Assembly: GCA_025349965.1 (NCBI GenBank)
Contig: CP075337.1
Span: 240,001-272,000 of the forward strand
Origin: Candidatus Saccharimonadota bacterium
GTDB lineage: Bacteria; Patescibacteriota; Saccharimonadia; Saccharimonadales; Saccharimonadaceae
Direction of reading: 5' to 3'
Length of the DNA stretch: 32,000 nucleotides
Notes under the pieces: generated by a model
What the model saw: only the letters and a program-made list of their open reading frames with translations
What the model was told of the DNA's origin: nothing
The model's database searches: none
Translations under genes and position numbers: made by a program
Shown here: one piece after another, positions 24,779 through 32,000 of the stretch
Layout of the letters: each line of letters starts with the position of its first letter
Numbering within the stretch: position 1 is the stretch's first letter

Positions 24779-25342
24779 ATGATTGCAGTTTGGATTATTA
24801 TTGCCGTTGTTGTGGTGCTAGCTATTTTTGTTTGGGCAACATACAACAGTCTCGTGACATTGCGTGTACGAGTTGATGAGGCTTGGAGTGACATTAATGT
24901 ACAGCTCAAGCGTCGTCTTGACCTCATTCCAAATCTTGTGGAGACGGTAAAGGGCTATGCTGCCCATGAGTCGGGCGTGTTTAAGGAAGTGACTGAAGCG
25001 CGTGCTCGTGTGATGGATGCAAATGGAGTCAAAGAAACCGCCGCAGCTGAAAACCAGTTTGAGGGTGCACTTAAGAGCCTCTTCGCTGTTGCTGAAAGCT
25101 ACCCAGATCTAAAAGCGAACCAGAACTTTGCCGATCTTCAGCGCGAACTTGTCGATACTGAAGATAAGATTCAGGCTTCACGCCGTTTCTATAATTCTGG
25201 CGTAAGCGGGCTTAATACAAAGATTCAGACATTCCCAGCAAATGTTGTTGCGGCAATGTTTAACTTTAAGAATCGTGATTTCTTTGATGTTGACGAGTCT
25301 GAGCGTGAGGCTGCGAATAAGCCAACTGAGGTAAAGTTCTAG
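24779..25342 (+). CDS. lemA: LemA family protein
   Basis: An N-terminal TM helix precedes YNSLVTLRVRVDEAWSDINVQLKRRLDLIPNLVETVKGYAAHE...RRFYN, which is diagnostic of LemA. Confidence 0.9.
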   Translation: MIAVWIIIAVVVVLAIFVWATYNSLVTLRVRVDEAWSDINVQLKRRLDLIPNLVETVKGYAAHESGVFKEVTEARARVMDANGVKETAAAENQFEGALKSLFAVAESYPDLKANQNFADLQRELVDTEDKIQASRRFYNSGVSGLNTKIQTFPANVVAAMFNFKNRDFFDVDESEREAANKPTEVKF

Positions 25343-25349
25343 TACTTAT

Positions 25350-26211
25350 ATGTACGGAGCAATTGCAAAAAATAAACGAAATACGGTCATCATTATGGCC
25401 GTATTCGTTGGTATTATTACGGCTATTGGCTGGACAATCAGCTATTTTTACGGTGAAACCTCTATAACGTGGTGGGTACTTGCGGGTGCACTTCTCTATG
25501 CGTTAATCCAGTATTTTGCAGCTGGTAAGCTTGCGGTTGCGATGACTGGAGCAAAAGAGATTGAGAAGCGAGATAACCCGCGCCTCTATAGAACGGTCGA
25601 AAATCTCTCCATCACACTTGGTATGCCGATGCCGAAGGTGTACATCATTAACGACGCTGCGCCAAATGCATTTGCAACCGGCCGCAACCCGCAACATGCA
25701 ATCGTTGCAGCTACGACAGGACTGCTTGATAGTATGGACGATCGCGAACTCAACGCAGTGATGGCCCATGAAATGGGGCATGTTCAAAACTATGATATTC
25801 GCGTCAGTATGATCGCGTTTGGTCTTGTAAGCGCGATCGGTCTTCTTTCGGATATCGTCCTCCGAATGCTTTTCTTTGGTGGTGATCGTCGCGAAAATGG
25901 CGTGCACCCATTTGTGTATATTATCGGTATCATCATTCTTATTCTTGCGCCAATCGTAGCAGCTATCGTTCAGATGGCGGTGAGTAGGCAGCGTGAATAT
26001 CTCGCTGATGCAACGGGTGCTATGACAATCCGTGACTCCGAGGGAATGGCACGGGCGCTTGAGAAGCTTCAGCAGTATGGCCGCCCAATGCAGAAGCAGA
26101 GTTCTGCGACGGCGCAGCTCTTCATTAGTAATCCACTGAAATCTAATTTTATTGGAAAGCTTTTTAGCTCGCACCCTCCACTCGAAGACCGTATTAATAG
26201 GTTGCGCAACA

Positions 26212-26228
<17 letters not shown>
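25350..26228 (+). CDS. htpX: M48-family zinc metalloprotease HtpX
   Basis: HEMGH zinc motif with a downstream EYLAD (Glu ligand region). It has 4 TM segments and the C-terminus LFSSHPPLEDRINRL. Confidence 0.9.
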
Positions 26229-29281
<3,053 letters not shown>

Positions 29282-29282
29282 A

Positions 29283-29313
29283 AGAAAACACCCTCGCACG
29301 GAGAGTGTTTTCT
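29283..29313 (+). terminator. rho-independent terminator after ligA
   Basis: AGAAAACACCCTC (29283-29295) pairs with GAGAGTGTTTTCT (29301-29313), giving about 12 bp with one mismatch. Confidence 0.7.
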
Positions 29314-29324
29314 TAGCTGTTGCG

Positions 29325-29352
29325 CGCCCACCCGGGGCGGCTTTTTGCTTTT
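29325..29352 (+). terminator. second (tandem) GC hairpin with T-tract
   Basis: CGCCC (29325-29329) / GGGCG (29335-29339), followed by CTTTTTGCTTTT. Confidence 0.45.
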
Positions 29353-29618
29353 CAGTGTTTGTTTTACCAGCGCTTGGGCTGCCCCAATGCGCATCAGCAT
29401 AACCTTAGTATGTCACGATTTTTAAGAAACCACAAGCGGTATATTATTCACCTCTGGTATTTTATGGAGAAATATGGTTAGATAAAGATGTTCAGAAGCA
29501 CAGCAAAGTAGCAACTTGTGCGTATCTTCGCCTTAGCGGGCAAATCGGTACTCCAGTTACTCATATATGCCAGCCGGTCGATCTGACGTAAATAAGTAAC
29601 AGAGTAAAGAGTACTAAA

Positions 29619-29963
29619 ATGGCACAAAATCTATTTATTGGTAACCTTGCATACGCAACCAACGACGACAGCCTCAAGGCGCACTTCGCTACTATTGGTG
29701 AAGTTTCAAGCGCACGTGTTGTAACTGACCGCGAAACCGGTCGTTCACGTGGCTTTGGTTTCGTTGAATTTGCAGACGAAGCAAACAACCAAAAAGCAAT
29801 TGATGAGCTTGACGGTAAGGCACTTGACGGCCGCGATATCAAGGTTATCCTTGCGCAACCAAAAGAAGCACGCCCACGTCGCGAATTTAACCGCGACAAC
29901 AACGGCGGAAACCGCTCAAACGGTGGTGACAACGGCGACGCATTCCGCGTACGCAGCTGGTAA
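29619..29963 (+). CDS. RRM-type (RNP-1/RNP-2) RNA-binding protein with Arg/Gly/Asn-rich tail
   Basis: RNP-2 LFIGNL and RNP-1 RGFGFVEF are present. The 114-aa protein ends in the tail RREFNRDNNGGNRSNGGDNG. Confidence 0.9.
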   Translation: MAQNLFIGNLAYATNDDSLKAHFATIGEVSSARVVTDRETGRSRGFGFVEFADEANNQKAIDELDGKALDGRDIKVILAQPKEARPRREFNRDNNGGNRSNGGDNGDAFRVRSW

Positions 29964-29980
29964 TTAATTACCACGAAAAG

Positions 29981-30007
29981 ATAGCCTCTTTCTAGGGGCT
30001 ATTTTTT
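29981..30007 (+). terminator. rho-independent terminator after the RRM gene
   Basis: Stem ATAGCCTC (29981-29988) / GGGGCTAT (29995-30002), including one G-U pair, followed by a T-run to 30007. Confidence 0.8.
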
Positions 30008-30008
30008 A

Positions 30009-30017
30009 TGTCATAAT
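30009..30017 (+). promoter_or_regulatory. extended -10 (TGtCATAAT) 7 nt upstream of the murF-like ATG; leaderless geometry
   Basis: TG at 30009-30010 and CATAAT at 30012-30017. The 7-nt gap has no SD and the ATG is at 30025. Confidence 0.55.
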
Positions 30018-30024
30018 AGTACTA

Positions 30025-31323
30025 ATGTTTAAAAAATTCATCCAATCTAAACTTGAGAAATCTGTTAAAAAGTATTTTATTAAGCACCCTGAAGTAAGGC
30101 TTGTTGTCGTTGCGGGGAGTGTTGGTAAAACGAGCACCAAGATGGCTATTGGGACGGTGCTGAGTCAAGCGCTTCGTGTTCGATTGCACGAGGGTAACCA
30201 CAACTCCGAGCTAAGCGCGCCACTTGCGATACTGGGTATCGAGTACCCGGAAAATATTCGTAGTCTTGGGCAGTGGCGTCTTGTCTTCAAGGCGATTAAG
30301 CAACGCATAAAGCAGCCCGCCGATGTTGATGTGATTATTCAGGAGCTTGGGACGGATGCACCGGGCCAGATTCCGCACTTTGGGACCTATCTCAGTCCAG
30401 ATATTGCTGTCATTACTTCAGTTGCACCCGAGCATATGGAGTTCTTTAAGACCATTGAGGCTGTCGCTGCCGAGGAGCTGACCGCTGCTAACTTCAGTAA
30501 ATCCGTGTTGATAAATAGAGACGATGTAGCTGGAATGTTTGCTAATAATATTACAAATCCAAACCTCAATACATACGGCACAACAGATATGGCCGAGTAT
30601 CGTTTTGAGGCGGATGAATATATGCAGATAGAGGGGACTCCGGGGGCATTTATTGCACCCGAGTGGACGTCGGGTCTTGCAGCAACATTGCACGTACTAG
30701 GGGAGCACAGTACGCGTGCTGCAGTGGCGGCCGGTGCGGTGGGCGTAAAGTTTGGACTCACACCAGAGGCGATAGCGACCGGCCTTGCTATGATTCGCCC
30801 TGTATCTGGGCGCATGAATCCGCTTCGGGGTGTTCAGGATACGCTTATTATTGACGACTCGTATAATTCAAGTCCGTTGGCGGCTGCGTCAGCGCTACGC
30901 ACTTTGTACCAACTGAACGTTCCGCAGAAGATAGCCATTCTTGGGAGTATGAATGAACTTGGTAATATCTCTCCTGCGGCTCATGCGGAGGTTGGAAAGT
31001 TATGTGATCCAACGCAACTTTCGCATCTTATTACAGTTGGCGAAGATGCTGCCAAGTACCTTGCGCCTGCAGCGAAGACCGCTGGTTGCCAGGTAGTGAG
31101 TGTGCGCAATGCAATTGAGGCGGGTGCATATGCAAATCAGCTCCTTGAGCCGGGTGCTGCACTGCTCTTTAAGGGGTCGCAGGGTGGTATCTTTCTTGAA
31201 GAGGCTGTAAAGATCGTCCTTCTTTCTACGTCTGATGAAGAAAAGCTTGTTCGTCAGAGCCCCGACTGGTTGAAGAAAAAACAAGACCTTTTTGAAGGCC
31301 AGACGTTTAGCCCAATGGCATAA
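30025..31323 (+). CDS. murF: Mur ligase family protein, most likely UDP-MurNAc-tripeptide--D-alanyl-D-alanine ligase
   Basis: P-loop VVAGSVGKTSTK, a central Mur-ligase domain (ELGTDAPGQI) and a C-terminal domain (DDSYNSSPLAA, GSMNELG). The assignment among Mur paralogs is by motif resemblance only. Confidence 0.7.
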   Translation: MFKKFIQSKLEKSVKKYFIKHPEVRLVVVAGSVGKTSTKMAIGTVLSQALRVRLHEGNHNSELSAPLAILGIEYPENIRSLGQWRLVFKAIKQRIKQPADVDVIIQELGTDAPGQIPHFGTYLSPDIAVITSVAPEHMEFFKTIEAVAAEELTAANFSKSVLINRDDVAGMFANNITNPNLNTYGTTDMAEYRFEADEYMQIEGTPGAFIAPEWTSGLAATLHVLGEHSTRAAVAAGAVGVKFGLTPEAIATGLAMIRPVSGRMNPLRGVQDTLIIDDSYNSSPLAAASALRTLYQLNVPQKIAILGSMNELGNISPAAHAEVGKLCDPTQLSHLITVGEDAAKYLAPAAKTAGCQVVSVRNAIEAGAYANQLLEPGAALLFKGSQGGIFLEEAVKIVLLSTSDEEKLVRQSPDWLKKKQDLFEGQTFSPMA

Positions 31324-31336
31324 ACCACCTCTTATG

Positions 31337-31345
31337 TGATACAAT
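31337..31345 (+). promoter_or_regulatory. extended -10 (TGaTACAAT) 10 nt upstream of the leuS ATG
   Basis: TG at 31337-31338 and TACAAT at 31340-31345. There is no SD before the ATG at 31356. Confidence 0.5.
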
Positions 31346-31355
31346 TATCTCTGTT

Positions 31356-32000
31356 ATGAGGCGATACAATCCATCTGAAATTGAACCCAAATGGCAGCAG
31401 ATTTGGGAAGAGCAAAAAGTCAACGAAGTTGCTGTTGATAAAGATAAGATAAAAACCTATGCAGCGGGCATGTTCCCGTATCCGAGCGGTGCAGGTATGC
31501 ACGCTGGGCATGCGTTTGGGTATACTATTGTGGATGTTATCGCTCGCTTCTATCGCCAGCACGGGCATAATGTCCTTAACCCTATGGGGTGGGATACCTT
31601 TGGGCTTCCGGCTGAAAACTACGCCATTAAAACCGGGACCTCGCCGCAGGTTGCAACCGCTACGAACATCGCCAATTTCAAAAAGCAATTTAAGCGCATG
31701 GGGATGTCTATTGATTGGTCTCGCGAGATTAACACGAGCGACCCTGAATACTATCGTTGGACACAGTGGATTTTTACAAAGCTTTTTGAACGTGGACTTG
31801 CCTATCAAAAAGAAAGCTTGCAGTGGTGGTGCCCGGTAGACAAGACGGTGCTTGCGAATGAACAAGTAGAGGCAGGGCACTGTTGGCGCTGTGGTACTTT
31901 GGTTGAAAAGAAGGCAATGAAACAATGGTTCTTCAAGATCACGGAATATGCTGATTCGCTTCTTGAGGAAATTCCCTCACTTGATTGGCCGCAAAAAATT
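31356..32000 (+). CDS. leuS: leucyl-tRNA synthetase, N-terminal 215 codons (3' truncated by window end)
   Basis: My own translation is MRRYNPSEIEPKWQQIWEEQKV...GMFPYPSGAGMHAGHAFGYTIVDVIARFYRQHGHNVLNPMGWDTFGLPAENYAIKTG, a HIGH-region class I synthetase. The frame is open to 32000. It is absent from the ORF track because no stop is reached. Confidence 0.95.
   Translation, partial: MRRYNPSEIEPKWQQIWEEQKVNEVAVDKDKIKTYAAGMFPYPSGAGMHAGHAFGYTIVDVIARFYRQHGHNVLNPMGWDTFGLPAENYAIKTGTSPQVATATNIANFKKQFKRMGMSIDWSREINTSDPEYYRWTQWIFTKLFERGLAYQKESLQWWCPVDKTVLANEQVEAGHCWRCGTLVEKKAMKQWFFKITEYADSLLEEIPSLDWPQKI

Noticed and set aside
29584-29594. TGACGTAAATA in the RRM gene upstream region. It resembles the E. 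coli cspA 'cold box' (UGACGUACAGA, recalled from memory).
   Set aside because: Only 9 of 11 positions match. The comparison organism is distant and my recollection of the motif is unverified. This is insufficient to claim a regulatory element.
29959-29972. A perfect 14-bp palindrome GGTAATTAATTACC overlapping the stop codon of the RRM gene.
   Set aside because: It is AT-rich and short, and sits only 9 nt before a convincing terminator hairpin. No second copy was noticed in the window. It is plausibly chance or part of the terminator context, so I do not call it a site.

Overview
This is a gene-dense 32-kb chromosomal segment that reads cleanly with the standard genetic code. All calls rest on reading the sequence and ORF track by eye; no searches or folding were run. 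I support about 30 protein genes and six tRNA genes: Val-UAC, Leu-GAG, Phe-GAA, Gly-GCC, Cys-GCA and Leu-UAA. I found no rRNA, CRISPR array, transposase, integrase or prophage module. The backbone is housekeeping: L25/Ctc, a fused ABC exporter, trhO, uvrC, an M24 aminopeptidase, secG, typA, rarA, an SPFH protein, lemA-htpX, ligA, a MurF-like ligase, and the 5' part of leuS running off the right edge. Between these sit envelope and secreted functions: an orphan type IV pilin-like protein, a membrane-anchored family-5 solute-binding protein, a signal-peptide-bearing two-domain cell-wall hydrolase coupled to an anchored partner, an anchored alpha/beta hydrolase, HtrA, and several unknown polytopic membrane proteins. 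There is also a cytoplasmic GH37 trehalase and an RRM-type RNA-binding protein. This repertoire and the tight gene overlaps fit a small-genome bacterium, possibly Saccharibacteria/Patescibacteria-like, but that is inference only. The best candidates for follow-up are: (1) the tRNA-bracketed muralytic enzyme and partner module at 18.2-20.4 kb; (2) a higher-GC two-ORF islet around tRNA-Leu(GAG) at 11.1-12.2 kb, encoding unrecognisable small proteins; (3) a recurrent leaderless-type gene start, with a -10 box 6-10 nt from the ATG and no Shine-Dalgarno, at about nine genes; (4) a 337-nt non-coding region upstream of the RRM gene; (5) a tRNA-Gly with a compensated U19:A56 tertiary pair.
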